A DNA stretch of 64,000 bases from Cetorhinus maximus (lineage: Eukaryota), in the NCBI RefSeq assembly GCF_964194155.1, contig NC_135896.1, forward strand, positions 28,768,001 to 28,832,000, in the 5' to 3' direction. Of this stretch, positions 12,911 to 28,118 are shown in pieces; the stretch's first letter is position 1, and every line of letters starts with the position of its first letter. Both the position numbers and the translations under genes were made by a program. The notes under the pieces are model-generated. The model was not told the origin of the DNA. It saw only the letters and a list, made by a program, of their open reading frames with translations, and did not search any database.

Positions 12911-14655
12911 TAACATAAGAACTAGGAGCAGGAGTAGGCAAATTCAGCCTCTCGAGCTTGCCCCACCATTCAATACGATCATGGCTGATCTCATTTCGGC
13001 CTCAACTCCAATTTCCCGCACTCTCCCCAAACTCTTTAAACCCGTTACTAATTAAAAATCTGTCTGTCTATCTATCTCCTTAAATTTATTTAGTGTCCCG
13101 GCATCCACTGCACTCTGAGGTAGTGAATTCCACAGATTCATGACCCTTTGAGAAAAGTAATTCCTCCTCATCTCCGGTTTAAATCTACCGCCCCTTAGCC
13201 TAAAACTATGGCCTCTCATTCTAGAATGCCCCAGAAGGGGAAACATTCGCTCCACATCTACTTTGTCTATCCCCTTTAGCATCTTATATACCTTAATTAG
13301 ATCTCCTCTTATCCTTCTAAACTCTAGCGAGTATAGGCCTAAACTGCTCAATGTCTCCTCATAAGACAAGCCCCGCATCTCTGGAATCAATCTAGTGAAC
13401 CCCCGCTGATCCGCCTCCAATGCAACTACATCCTTCCTCAAGTAAGGGGACCAAAACTGTGCACAGTACTCCAGGTGCAGTCTCACCAATGCCTTGTACA
13501 GTTGCAACAACACTTCCCTATCTTTATACTCTATTCCTTTAGCAATAAATGCCAAAATTCCATTTGCCTTCCTTATTACCTGCCGTACCTGCACACTAGC
13601 TTTCAGTGATTCATGCACGAGGACACCCAGGTCCCTCTGCACTGAAGCATTCTGAAGTTTCTTTCCATTTAAGTAATGTCGCTTTTTTATTCTTCCAACC
13701 AAAATGCATAACCTCACACTTATCCACGTTAAACTCCATCTGCCAAATTTTGGCCCATTCACCTAACCTGTCCATATCCATTTGTAAATTTCTTATTTCT
13801 TCATTGCAACTGACTTTCCCACCTATTTTGGTGTCATCTGCAAATTTAGCTATTGTACCTTCTATCACTGAATCCAAGTCATTAATAAGGACCGAACCCT
13901 GTGGCACCCCACTAGTTACAGCTTGCCATCCAGAAAAAGACCCATTTATCCCAACTCTCTGCTTTCTGTTGGTTAACCAATCCTCTATCCAAGCTAATAT
14001 ATTACCCCTAACTCCGTGTGACCTTATCTTGTGTATTAATCTTTTGTGCGGCACCTTATCAAAGGCCTTCTGGAAGTCCAGATATACTATACCTACAGGA
14101 TCCCCATTATCTACTTTGCTTGTCACATCTTCAAGGAACTCTAGCAAATTAGTCAAACACGATTTACTCTTCATAAAACAATGCTGACTCAGATGGATTG
14201 CATTTTGACTTTCCAAATGCCCCACTACTACTTCCTTAATAATGGATTCCAACAATTTCCCAATGACAGATGTTAAACTAACTGGTTTATAGTTTCCTAC
14301 TTTCTGCCTCTTCCCCCTGCCGCCCCTTTTTGAATAAGGGTGTTACATTAGCATTTTTCCAATCCACTCGAACCTTTCCAGAATCCAGGGAATTTTGGAA
14401 TATTATAGCCAATGCATCCACTATCTCTGCTGCCACTTCCTTTAAGACCCTGGGATGTAGGTCATCAGGTCCTGGGGACTTGTCACCCTTTAATCCCAAT
14501 AATTTGCTCAGTACTTTTTCTCTAGTGATGGTGATTGTTCTAAGTTCCTCCTTCTCTATACCCTCTGCACTACCTGTTACTATTGGGATGGTACTAGTGT
14601 CCTCCACCATGAAAACTGAGGCAAAATACTGATTAAGCGTCTCTGCCATTTCTGC
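12911..14655 (-). mobile_element. Relatively young CR1/HER1-type LINE (RT and 3' end) nested in an older - strand CR1 (~12860-14830)
   Basis: Long ORFs 13052..13762, 13611..14255 and 14287..14679 with 'YLDFQKAFDKVPH', 'GVPQGSV', 'KFADDTK'. Host CR1 sequence continues on both sides. Confidence 0.92.
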
Positions 14656-15819
14656 AAAAACATGATTTATTTTTAACAAATCTATGCTGGCATTCCCTAA
14701 TTAATCCACACTTGCCCACATGACTGCTAATTTTGTCCTGGATTATTGTCACTAAAATGTTTCCCACCATCAAAGTTAGTTGCTGGATTTATCCTTACAC
14801 ATTTGTTCAATCAAGGGTTTAACATTTGCAATTCCTCGAGTGGTGCAGGAAAGTGGGCACCAGGAGGCTGAATCTTGCAAGTTTCAGGTGAAGGGCAAGG
14901 AGTAAGAAGTTGCAATGTTAGTGAATTAAGTTATAAGGTTTGAAAAAGAGGGTAGGTCCAAAATTGATAAACTGTGTGTGTGAGGATACTATTACCTGTT
15001 AATCTATTCTAATGTATAAATCACTAGAGTGAGATTATGCAGAATAGTGGTTCCCAGTTGTATGCTGCATATTGATCTCGCAGGTGGTGGGACAGCAGAC
15101 AAAGTGAGTACTTTTTATTTCCTAGTATAGCAGTGGAAATAATGGGGCCAATTTTCATTCAGTGCACTGGAAATACGCTGCCCTGCTCAGGGTTCTTGAG
15201 AGTTAGTTGCTAGTGGGAGTATAGATGAACAGAATGTACACTTTTAAGCTGGAAGAATGGCAGCACAGGGAACCTTCTAACGGATGTGAAATGCAATATG
15301 TGAAGGATTATGGATCCTCAGGATATTAACAGATTTGCATGGTGTTGGAAAACTGTATCTTTAGCAGAAGGTCTCTGTGTGTGCAAAGAGACAGTGGTAG
15401 ATAGAAACCGTGTGAAAGCTAGGAGTGACTTTGGAAGAGCAGTAGAAGAACAGAGGATTTGCAGATGCAAGGACCCTGAATTACTGGAAATATCCCATAA
15501 GTACGTGGTTCAGGAAATATATGAGGTGGATAGGGACTCATGTGTGGTTCTAAGCAACATTGTTGACATTATGGGGCAAAGGACTGCCAGATGGTAGGAG
15601 GGATGTGAAAATCACTTAAATGACAAGAATAAGAGAATGGTAGTAATGGGAAATTGGCTTTCTTGTCAATGTAAATCTGAACTAGAACTCAGGGCATGTT
15701 ATGAGTGTCTTGTTTTGGACAGCAGACAATCAAGAGCCATTCAGAGACAAGCTATCTCTTGAAAGCTATTGCTTCTGTGTCCCATTCAACAGTATTTCAA
15801 TCACACATTCTTACCAAGT

Positions 15820-18190
15820 TAAGTTAAGGATGGCATTAGATTAAAAGAAGAGACTTAATTTTGCAAAGAATTGGTGTAAGTTTGAGGATTGGCAGTCTTT
15901 TTAGAAAGCAGCAAAGGGCCTCCAAAAAGTTGAAGGAAAAAATAGAACATGAGCACAAACAAGCCAGGAATATTAAAACAGATTGTAAGAACTTTTACAA
16001 GTATATAAAAAGGAGAGTAGCTAAAGAAAGCGATGGTCCCTTAGAGGGAGAGTCAGGAGAAATTATTGTGGCAAGTGAGGAAATGGTAGAGACATTAGGA
16101 CCATAGCACTTAGGAACAGGAGTAGGCCATTCAGCCCTTTGAACCTGCTCTGCCATTCAATAAGGTCATGGTTAATCTGATTTTAGTCTCAACTCTACTT
16201 TCCTGTTTGCCCTCCATAGTCCTTGACTTCCTTGACTATCAAAAATCTATCTAATTCAGCCATGAATAAATTCAATGATCCAGCCTCCACTGCTTTCTGG
16301 TGATGAGAATTTCACAGACTAATGACCCTCTTGAGAGAAAAAGAATTCTCCGCATCTCCATCTTAAAAGGGTAGACCTTGTATTCTTAAACTGTGGACCG
16401 TAATTGTAGCTTCTCCCACAAGAGGAAACTTCCTCCTGTATCCACCCTCGGGATTTTATATCTTTCAATAAGATCACCTCACATTCTTTAAACTCCAGTA
16501 GATATAGGCTCAACCTTTCTTCATTAGGTAAGCCCTTCATCTCAGGAATCAGTCGAGTGAACCTTCTCTGAACTGTTTCTGATGCAATTATATCTTTTTT
16601 CAAATATTTCAAATATCTGCCTTGACAGTAGAAGGCACAAGTTACATACCAGGAATGGAGAGTAACCTAGGGGCTAATAAGAGTGAGGAAATTAAGCTAA
16701 TTAATATCACGAGAAAAAGTATTTGAAAAACTTATGGGATTAAAAACCAACAAAAACCTGATGGCCTACATCCCAGTGTTCTAAAAGAGATAGCTGCAGA
16801 GACAGCTGGTTATGTTTTTCCTAAATTCCCTAGATTCTAGAACAGCCCCAGCATACTGGAAGTTAGCAAAAGAAACACTGCTCTGTAAGGAAGGAGAGAG
16901 AGAGAGAAAAAACTGGGAACTACAGGTCAGTTAGCCTGACATTGGGAAAGTACTTAGAAAATCATAGTATGATCAGACAAAGTCAACATGGTTTTGCGAA
17001 AGGGAAATTGTGTTTGACAAATTTATTATAGTTTTTTGAGGATGTAACTAGTAGGTTAAGTAAAGGGAAATGAATAGTTTGTATACTTGGATTTCCAAAA
17101 GACATTTGTTACGGAGCCTCATAAATGGTTAATACAAAAAATAGAAGCTCATGGAATTGGGGCAATATATTAGCATGGGTAGAGGATTGGTTAATGGACA
17201 GGGAGCAAAAAATAGACATTTTCCATTTGGCAGGCTGTAACTAGTGGAGTGTTGCAAGGATCAGTACTAGGCCTCTGCTATTTACAACCTATATTAATGG
17301 CTTAGACAAAGAGATAGAGAGTAATGTATCCAAGTTTTCTGATGATACAAAGCTCGGTGGGAATGCAGACTGTAAAGAGGACACAGACTGAAAAGAGATC
17401 TAGACAGTTTAAGTCAGTGGGCAACAAGGTGGCAAATGGAGTATAATGTAGGGAAGTGTGAGGTTATTCACTTTGGTGGTAAGAATAGAAAAGCAGAGTA
17501 TTTTTTAAAAGGCATGAAACTTTTAAATGTTGATGTTCAGAGGTTTTTGGGTGTACTCATATGAGAAACACAAAAAGTTAGCATGCAGGTACATCAAGCA
17601 ATTAGGAAGGCAAATGGTATAACAGTCTTCATTGCAAGGGGATTGGAATAAGAGGATAAGAAGTCTTGCTTCAGTTGTACAGGACTTTGGTGAGAACACA
17701 TGGAGTAATATGAGCAGTTTTGGTCTCCCATGTTGCATTAGAGGCAGTACAGCAAAAGTTCACCAGATTGGTCCCTGGTGTGAGAAGGTTGTCTTATGAT
17801 GCAACCTTAGGTTTAGAAGAATGAGGTGATTTCATTGAAACATAGAAGGTCCTGATGGGCTTGACAGGGTAGACACTGAAGTTGTTTCCCCTGGCTAGGG
17901 AATCTAGAATACAGAAGGCACAGTCTCAGGATCATTTAGGACTGAGATGAGGAAAAATTTCTCCACTCAAAGGGTTGGTTTGAAAATCTCCGCCCCAGAG
18001 TGTTGTGAATGCTGCATTGTTGAATAAATTTAAGGCTGAGGTGGACAGATTTTTGGTGTCTCAAGGAATCAAAGGATATGGAGAGTGGGTGGGAAAGTGA
18101 GTTGAAGCCTTGAGATGAGCCATGATCATACTCAATGGCAGAGTAAGCTCGGTGGGCCATATGGCCTACTCCTATTTCGTATGTTTCTTT
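15820..18190 (+). mobile_element. CR1-type LINE ORF2 to 3' end, interrupted by a - strand CR1 3' fragment (~16097-16605)
   Basis: 'ARNIKTDCKNFYKYIKRR', 'caacatggtttt', 'ttttctgatgatacaaag'; 3' tail cctactcctatttcgtatgtttc. Confidence 0.85.
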
Positions 18191-20185
18191 GTCTCTTTTG
18201 TAATTCCATTAAATGCGGACTAATCTTTATTGCATCCTGTAAGAGTTATAATATCCTTGATTATCAGTTTAACCACAAAAAGTGATGACTTGGTAGGACC
18301 TTTTGGTAGGAAATTGTATTGCATGTTTGTGTTAAGTGGAAGAAGGCTGAATTCCACATATTTGTGATTAATTGCATGAAGTGCAATTTAATAGCCTCCA
18401 ATTCGGGGAAAACACTGACAGCACAGTCATCCACTTTGAGTTAATTGCAGTGGAAAAACTGTTTTTGAGTGTATGCGTGTGTGTTTTAAACTTCAACAGA
18501 GAAATAACTTATCCATTAGAAAGGCAGAAAAACAAAGTTTGACCATTTCTTCCACGTGGTCAAGCATAATCTGAGTTAATAGAATTCCTTTGTAATGAAG
18601 GGATACCATTTCTTTGACAAAACTCTGCAACATGGTACAAAAGCATCATTGCAACAATTGATCAGAGTTCAAATGCCTTTGCCCAAGTAATATGTTAATG
18701 GACGTTATGTAATCTGAAAGCTACTAAGTGCATTAAAACTTTAAAGGTTCACTCTAAAAGCCTGTACAATAGCTATAACCACCATTTCATAAATTTTCTA
18801 ATTACTGAAGTAAAATGATCAATCACAGAGACTGCTTTTAAAATGCTCATTAATACTTTTTCTAGTTAAAAAAAGAAACTAAGTAGCAAAGTGCTCTAAA
18901 ATCACGCAGGAGTAAAGATGAGTACCCATTGAATGCCTGCCAATGACACAAAAAAATTGCAGCGATAGATGACTTTTTCATTAGCTAATGAAAAAGGATG
19001 AAGAGTGATTACAGCCTGAACCCACGGGACAAGGACAATTTGAAGATTATATAGATTGAAGGTATTAATTTAGATAACATCAGTCATTTCTCGCCAACTA
19101 TGTCTTAAGAGCACGATGCAAATTTTGGCTGACTTCTTGTGGATAGTTGTGACTTGTTACTTTCAGCTGTAATTGTGCGAACTTTGTAAACCTTTGGGGT
19201 GTACATTGTTGTACTTAATACTTTGAAAGCATGTTCATTTCCTTTGTTTATCCAGTTTAAAATATTGCAGTTTCTAAATCTGTTGGCTTTAATTTGTTCA
19301 GAATTTATATTAAACAAACCAGTTATCTGTCTCTGCAGTTTGGCATCATTAGCAAATTATTCTCTTATTAATTAAAGTGGACAGTGCGGACCATGTTTCA
19401 TGTAAATTGTGCAGTTGCGCAACAACCCAAAAGTTCTCGTACAAGCCGTGCATATGTCAGTCCTCTTAAATGATCACGCAAAAAAAATTAAAGGCTCCGC
19501 GCACTTGATCAAATTGCCCACACGCTCTTTTTTTAAAAATAGGGGGTACGTTGGTGTGGACATTATTCCATCCATTGAAGACTTCGATACTGGAGTGAAA
19601 TATAACAATGCCTTACGGAATAGCATTGTAGTATCGACAAACAATATGTTGTGCGCAAATGGGAAATCCTTTGGGACCTACCAGAGTACATCTAGACATT
19701 TTGTGTAGTTTACACATTAATGAGTATGCCTTTGTTCTAGTATAGTATAGATACTTCTACATTCTCATGAATGATAAATCTCTTGTTTCATGGAAACCTG
19801 TTTCCTATTTGTTATTATCTTCCATACTCTGTATGTTGCACCCAGTCTTTTACATACTTAACCCTTTCCAACACTGTGACTTATAATTTTGTTCACTGCT
19901 CTACTCCCTGGAATGTGCTCTATTATCCATGAGTTACTGTTTCACGCCACTATTGTTTAACAGTAACCATGCTGAATTCTATCATGTGTCCAGCATAAGA
20001 ATAGTACAGGTACTACTCAGTGATTTAATCTAATGACATCCTAAATAGCAGAGGGCCTGTAATTGACCATCAAAATATTAAAACTTTGTGGCATCTCATT
20101 GGTCTTACTGTACATCAGTGCCAATTTGAAAAAAATTAATGAGCATGACTCATTACAGTGAAGTGAATATTCTGGAACCACATGA

Positions 20186-20365
20186 GGGCAGAATTTTACA
20201 GCCCCTGCAGGCATGTTTGCAGTCAGGGCATCTTGTAAAATTCTGCGGGTGACTTCCCACAGCCTACCCACCTGCCCTGATCTTGCTACGATTTTACGGG
20301 TGGCGTGTGGGGGCCTAGGATGGCCCACCTGCTGTCAACACAATTGAGGCCTTTGTGGCCAATTG
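20186..20365. mobile_element. Harbinger MITE fragment
   Basis: Starts GGGCAGAATTTT (same TIR as 38935); internal ctgtcaa..aattgaggcc is similar to ~39092. Confidence 0.55.
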
Positions 20366-20769
20366 GTGGCTTCTTTCTTAGTACTCTGGCTGCAATTTTT
20401 GGGTGCTTCCTTTATGGGCCCCATAGCGAGAAATTAGTTTTGTGAAACATTTTGAGACGTTTCTATGTGAAAAGGCATTAAATTTATATGTATTGTGTTT
20501 GACAATGGATTTTCAAAGCAAAACATTTAGATTACTTGGAAACTAGTTGAAAGCATACTGCTTATATATAGTTTAGCTAATATAGTTTGTGAAATTAGAG
20601 TTATCTGATTTGGTGAATGTATCTCTGACAAAAGTGCAGCATTTTACCTAGTTTTTCGTAACAATGAATCAAGAAATAAAAGTACCAGTTGCAGTCAGAA
20701 ATGCGTCCCCAGATTTATTCAGTGTAAAAGTCCCATTGCCTCTTAAAACTTGAGGGAGTCACATTAAAG

Positions 20770-21130
20770 CCACTCGTATTAACATAACGCCAAAAACGTA
20801 ACAAATGTCGCAAGGCTTTCCCAAATAGGCATAAGGAAAATGGAAACTCAACTGGAAAGGGGTTGATTAGGAAGGATAACCCAAGATCTTGAGGATTTTA
20901 TAAATGCTGATAGTGGTGGTGAGGCAAGAGGTTTATGCAAGTCGTTCCTAAGAGGGGGATTGAGGTGATGAAAGCTTTGCTTTGGAGGAGAAGCAAAGAA
21001 TATCAGAGAAACTGAGCATTTGGGAGGAGATAAAGGTTGGCGAAGACTAGAACTAGAGTGGAGAAATGCAAAGATTCTGAGTTTAATACATGGAATTTGA
21101 GCTGCCATTGTAGGTCAGCAGAAAGAGATG
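20770..21130 (-). mobile_element. Highly decayed L2-type LINE 3' region
   Basis: Purine-rich degenerate L2-like sequence; recognised by eye only. Confidence 0.4.
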
Positions 21131-22214
21131 ATGGGTGAATACTTAGCTTATGTTCTGTAGAAGTTTGGATCGTTGGAGTTTGTGTTGAGGACATAACACA
21201 ACAGCCATACACATAACTGAACATAAATTACATTTGAAATTAGTGGTTGGGCAGCCAGTTATTCAAATCCAGGAATCGCTGGCAGTTGTTTTGGGAGGTA
21301 TTAAGGTACTGCATGTGCCCACAGGTTGAGTTGTGTGAGTTGAAACTTTCAAAGGAAGCTAGATTAGACTAACTAGCTAACCCCTACACTACAGAAGAGT
21401 ACAAGGAACAAGAATTATGCATATACAAGTTTAAATGCATATAACTTATGACCATTTAGTTTAATTTAAGGAGCTGATCAGTTTAACTTATATTGAAAAT
21501 ATATTTCATATGCCTTCATCATTTGGTCTGAAAGCTTGCTTGTCAGTTAAGTCTGAAATGAGGTCCAATGTGATGCCTTTGAGTTTGAACTGTGAAGGTA
21601 TGAGAGATTTAGTAGCTAAAACACTTTTTTACAGAAAGTTTTAAGGTTGTTATCTTGGGTGTGTGGCTAATCAGGGTCAATGAAGATGCACTTGAGGCTC
21701 TGAGGCATAAAGAATTTACTTGACATTAGTCTAAAGATGTAGTCTGAAGAATTTAGGCAACAAGAACAGAACAGATCCAACAACATAATGGTGCCAATTG
21801 ATGGAGGTCACAAAGATCAAAAACGGAATTGTAAATGAGCAGAATAGTAGGTTACAATATTACAATGGGCCAATACAGTATTACAATAAAATGTGCAATC
21901 TCAGACAGTTGCATAATATAACTTCTAAGCTTGACCTTCAGCTGAATTTTCTGCCAAAGTAACGAAGGAGGAGCACAAGATAGAGAAAGGAAAAAAAAAG
22001 CATGAAGCAATAAAGGAATGTGGATTTAAGAGCAACAAAGCAACACAACAACTTGTTTTTATATAGTGCAGTTATTGTTGAAAAGTGCCCCAAGGTGGCA
22101 TCAAGACAAGCCCAAAGACCAGGCAGAGCTTGGCCATCATACTGTTAATCTGGCAGAAAGGAAAACCCATCGACAGTGAGTCCAGTAGGTGGAGAAAGAA
22201 GATGCATTAATGAG

Positions 22215-22625
22215 GATTCTTTATCACTCAGGGCATTCCAAAGCACTTCACTGCCAATGAAGTACTTTTGAAGTGTAGCCACTAATGCAAGGAAATGTAA
22301 CAACTAGTTTGCGCACTGCAAAATCCCACAAACAACATCGAGATAAGTAATCAGATAATATATTTTAAAGATGTTGGTAGAAGTACAAATATCGACCAAG
22401 GTACGAACAGAACTCCCCTGTTGCTCATCGAATAGTGTCATGTCCACTTGAGAAGGTAGATGGGACCTCGGTCTAATGGCTCATTGAAATATGGCAACTG
22501 CAACATTAACACTTTACTAGTGTTGTACTGCAATCTGCATAATGTGTCCTGGTGTCATGATTGGGGCTTGAACTCTCAATCATCTGTCCCCAAGGCATGA
22601 GTGTTACCATTGAGCCAAAGCTGAG
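22215..22625 (-). mobile_element. tRNA-derived Deu-domain SINE (SacSINE1-like), decayed
   Basis: Minus-strand head tcagctttggctcaatggtaacact (A box) ... gagttcaagccc (B box). Body and tail are homologous to 36330-36760 and 52228-52590. Confidence 0.7.
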
Positions 22626-23465
22626 GATTAGAGATAATTTAGCTTATAATTCTCAGAATAGTTTTATACAATTTAGTTGAATACCAAATTTTAAGGAAGA
22701 CGATATTTAAGCTTTTAAATTACTAAAAATATGCTGAACATAGAATGAAGAAATTTGGACTGAAATCTAATGTGATGACAGTGAAATGGCTTCTTTTGCA
22801 TTGATCTAGAAGTTGGTCACATTTGATCAATTGCATGAAAGGAATGTTACCATGGAGAGGAATGAAAGCAAAGGAGCAGGAAATAAGACCAATAAACAGG
22901 GTCAATTATTTTTGGAAGAGAGATGTTTGTGTGGTATACTTGGTACTTGGGTGGTTGATTTTGTGTAAATAGACTACACAACCTTTTCCATCATCTGATG
23001 TACCTGATTAGTGAGATGATAACTCATTGTTTCTGCTACCAATGAGGCGTAGTGTAGGTGAATACGTGGTCAGGCTTTCCAATATAAGTTTAGCCAATCT
23101 AGTTAAGTACATATTCCACTATATTTCCATCCTCAATAATCTTTCCAGGCTATGCTTCTCTTGTAAATGTTAATGGGCATAATACTCAATGGCTGTGTAG
23201 CAATTCAAGTGGTGAGAACTCTAAAAGTGTTTGAAATACTCTTTTGTCAGAAAACAACAAATTTGGTAATATTCTGTCTTGGCCCTTTTGGTCCTGCTTT
23301 CTATACTAATTTGCTTGTAAATTTATTAATAGATGTGAGCATTGTTATGATGTGGCAGATGATGTGTGCCAGACGGATCAAATCCACAAGGGAAATGTGA
23401 TCAATGGGTCACAACTGTTTTGCAATTTGTATTTTATTTCAAGATGTGTGCCTTGAATTCATAAG

Positions 23466-24248
23466 TATTAGGACTACCATGATCTCAGGTTTTTACAAAA
23501 CTAAATTAACCATTTATTAACAAAAGAGAAGATTTCAAGCATGCACAAGTCTACAAATTAGTATGATAATAGCTCCTAAAACCCCTAATTAATCTGACTC
23601 CCAGTTACACCTCCATTAAGGCAACAGTAAAACAAATAGATTTAAACAGACCCAGGCAAAGCAACACAATACCCTGGACAGTCACATTCAAAATGAGTTT
23701 TCTCAGCTTTGGTTCCTGTTGACAGCAACTTGATCCATAGAAGCTAGAGGCTTTTCACACTTGTGTTAGATCTTAGAATTCCTTCTTCTTTGAAACATAG
23801 CCTCATCTCCTTTATACATGTTTCTCCCTTTTTAATGCAAATTCCATTGTTCCCATATGTCTTTGCAACTTTACTTTACTCATAATATAAATCTTTCACA
23901 GTACTAATTTTATCAGTAACCTTTGGGGAAAAAATAAACACACTGTTTGGCTTAGCTTCTTCTGGCTAGGTGTAACATCTTACCATCCCTTTGAAATTCA
24001 GACTACTCTAATTTATCTAAAAATGCTAATTTTCCTTATACCTCACGTTCTAGAACTTGATGTTTACGTATTTAGCATTTCAAATCCAGCCACTTTTTGT
24101 TAACTCAAAGTCTCCAGACCAGCTGTCTCCAAATCAATTAAATCCCCCCCAACACACACACATTAACACAGAGAAACTAATTCAAACCCCACTATTAACC
24201 CACTTTTACAATAAATCAGAATATTATGAAAATTATTATTTTCATGTC
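23466..24248 (-). mobile_element. Possible solo LTR
   Basis: ~780 bp block with degenerate TG..CA-like ends (tattaggac...ttcatgtc), minus-strand TATAAA (~23812) and AATAAA (~23513). No TSD found. Confidence 0.3.
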
Positions 24249-24249
24249 T

Positions 24250-24600
24250 AGCATTGCTGGCAAGGTCAGCATTTACTGCCCATTCCTAGTTGTCCTCATG
24301 AAGATGGTAGTGGGCTACCTTCTTGAACCAGTGCAGTCCATGTGGTGTAGGTAGACTCTCAGAGCTGTTAGGAAAATATTTCCATAATTTTCACCCAGCG
24401 ATAGTAAAGGAACAGCAATATAGTTCCAAGTCAGGATGTTGTATGACATGGAGGGGAACTTCCAGGTAGTGGCATTCCCATGCACCCTGTTGCCTTTTTC
24501 TGTTTAGATGGTAGAAGTTGATTTGAAAGCTGCTTTTGAAAGAGCCTTGGCGAGTTTCTCCTGTGTGTCTTGTAGATGGTATGCGGTGCTGCCACTCCAG
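24250..24600 (-). mobile_element. LINE family B 3' fragment
   Basis: Homologous to 8273-8600 and 46150-46520. Confidence 0.75.
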
Positions 24601-24844
24601 TTCGCCACACTTCTGACTTAGCATGTGTGTTTATGTGCCAGTAAATTACTCTACCAGATGGTTCATCTGAAGATGGTATGGCGTAGCACAGACCAGAGTT
24701 TTTTTTTTAGTTGGCATGGTTCCTATATTTGGGAGAGTAGCTGAGACACAAAAACAGCCGCTAGTCAGACAAGACCTCTTTTGGGAACCCAATGAATATG
24801 AACACTTATAGCAATGCTTTAGGCCATATTTCTTGCACTTATGA

Positions 24845-25150
<306 letters not shown>

Positions 25151-26955
25151 TGATATTAGCTGGTGAAAGAAATATGAAGTTTTTACATACTATTTTATAA
25201 TAAAGTTATATTTTATGAATTAAATCTTCATATTTTTATCAAACTGATATTGTGTTGTGTTGCTTGCACTCAATGTTTTGTTAGATAAATTAGCTTACTT
25301 TTTAGAGCTACTTCTCTTTGGTCTATGTCTGTGTGCAACAAATTATGTTCATTAATGCATCCTCCATGTTATTTTAGAAAAGAAGTCTAAGCCAATGTGA
25401 TGACATTGACTACCTGCCTTTCTTTGCTGTGCCATGTCACCAGTGCTTCTCATGGAGCAGTCCAAGATTTTTTTTTTCTTCGGCCATCATGGTTTTTCCC
25501 ATACAGTTGCACTCTATATTACTGATAATTGACACTTGCATTGAATTATTGTTCAAAATATCTGTTAACATTCTTGAAACAGAAAGGTAGCTCACAGTTC
25601 CTGTATGATTGCAATACAACTATAATATGGCTTCTGACTGGTAATTTTGTCTATCTGTGTACCTGTATGTTTCCAAGCTCGGCATTGATTGCCTCAATTA
25701 TCCTAGATGTAGAAAGAACTTAACAATCTTTGTCCTTTTCTAATTTCCAGGATAGTTCTGATATTCAGAGGGTTTCCCAATCCTTTTTTACATATATATC
25801 TGGCGATTCAGGTATAATCAACACAATAGGGATGAGTCCAGTCTATTTCAATCACCTGCATTAATAGTCACATGCTTTCCTTTCGGTAGTAAAACCAAAC
25901 TTCAGTTGAATTTCAGACAGTTGAACCACAAATAAGTGTATATAAATTGTAACGACCATCACCATCCCTCATCTTAGTCATGGTTGCAACTCGACTAGGT
26001 TGAAATGTCAATTAAAGGACACTGGACCTTTGCTCTTTGGATGTCAGCGGCATAAATGCTTAAGTTTAGCTAGTTCTTTATGTAATTTGTCTTTTACTTT
26101 TAACATGTAACAACTGATTTGGGCATCTGAAGACATCAGTGATTAATTCCATCAGTTATAGCTTGGTTACTAATGTTGGAATTAACCTAGTGACGTTCTC
26201 CACATACTTTGGCCATAATGGATAAGATTCTTTGACTCTTTACACCTACATTACTGTGCTCTGTGTTTTGAGATTAAAGTCATTTTCTTTGTCACTTAGA
26301 CGACCATCCACTAATGCCTCTGATGCATCCTCAGAACTACCACGTACCCTTTTTCTGAGGACAGAACTGTAGATTCCAGACTCTGGAGGCTTGATTTCTA
26401 TAGTGATTGCTCAAAGTGTCTGTCCTCTTTATGGTGTAGGATACAAATGGTTTAGTTTTGTTAATTTTCCTAATCTTGTCACTGTAAATGTTTAAAGTAT
26501 TTTGTGGATCCTGTTATCGTGAGCTATGCTCTACTTCTACTTCTACTTCTCAAGCAGGTACAATAAAAATTTAATTTAAATATTTTGAGTAGTAATAGGA
26601 TCAGACCTAAAATAATATGAAATGTTTGGAATTGTGGAGGAAAAGAATTTCCATACAACTAACCATGTATGTATTTTCTGTGCTGTATTGTAATACTTCA
26701 AAAAGTCTAGTGTTAGACTTTGAATAGTAAGTTACAAGGTTTCATGCTAATACCAAATACCCACTGAAACTTGTTTTTTAGCTTATAAATTATAAACTGG
26801 CTTTATGGAATACTTTTTCATTAAAGGAATATTCCCCTCTGGATGGAAAATGGAAGTCTGCTGTTTTTGGTTAGTTATAGTGGGTTTGAGTGGGATTATA
26901 GATCCTCTGTAAAAGATGATTAAGAAGGTGCTTTGTGGGAGGGGAGATTTATTAA

Positions 26956-27189
<234 letters not shown>

Positions 27190-28118
27190 TAAATTTCACA
27201 AATTTAAATAAGAACTTAGAAATGTTGGGAGAAAGTCATAAATTCATTTACCAGAGTATACTCTGACTACATAAATAGTGGGGTCTTGAACTTGACCAAT
27301 AGGAGAACAGAATGAAGTTCATTTCCAAAAAGAGAAAATTCAGAACTGATTCTGGTCTACACTTACACATCTCTTAGTAGGTTACAGAGTAGCATTAGTT
27401 TAAGGTTCTTCAAATCTCTGGAGCAATAATTAAGGGATACTATTTCATTTGGAGATTAGAATTAACAGTTTACTCCTTGACTCTTTATGTGTAAAAAATA
27501 CAGTAATTTGAATTAAGCAGTTATGAAGTGATAGATTTTGGCAGGAATAATGAGGAGAGGCGATTTAGACTTGTGTGATTTGGTTTATTTGGGGTGGAAT
27601 TTTCCCAGATTTGCATTAAGTGCAGTAGCACGTTTTACCCGCCGGCCGCAATGGTGGATTTTCATGCCATATCATCCCAAACCCGCGTATCATTATTTAT
27701 GCACTCCCGGGAAACACACCATTTCCTTGGCGGGCGGGCTCTCATTCACCAACCGGGCACCAAGCTGGGCGCTATGTTTAAAGTCCAGCCACAAGCACAG
27801 CGCTCATTGTTTCCAGCTGCACAGAAAACATGGAAAAAAGACTGCAAACCCCCACCCTTCAACGACGGCTCCCTTGAGTGACTGCTGGATGCCGTGGAGG
27901 CCTGCCGGGATGTCCTGTACCTCTGCTCTGGCCGCACGATGGGCAGCAATGTAACCAATCCAGCTTGGGGAGGCGGTGGCAGCGGTGGTCATTACCAATG
28001 CCCTTCAAAAGCAGACAGCCACCCAGGGATGCTGTAAGGGATGAATGGTCTCCTCCGTTCTGCCAGGGTAAGTCACTCTTCTCATCACTCACTAACCCAT
28101 CACACATCCATAGGGATT

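Noticed and set aside
13606-14187. 193-aa antisense ORF (and similar ones at 54683, 46212)
   Set aside because: Shadow frames of LINE sequence.
19375-19680. CpG-containing patch with gtgcg/cgcac motifs, possible MITE
   Set aside because: Could not define TIRs or a TSD.
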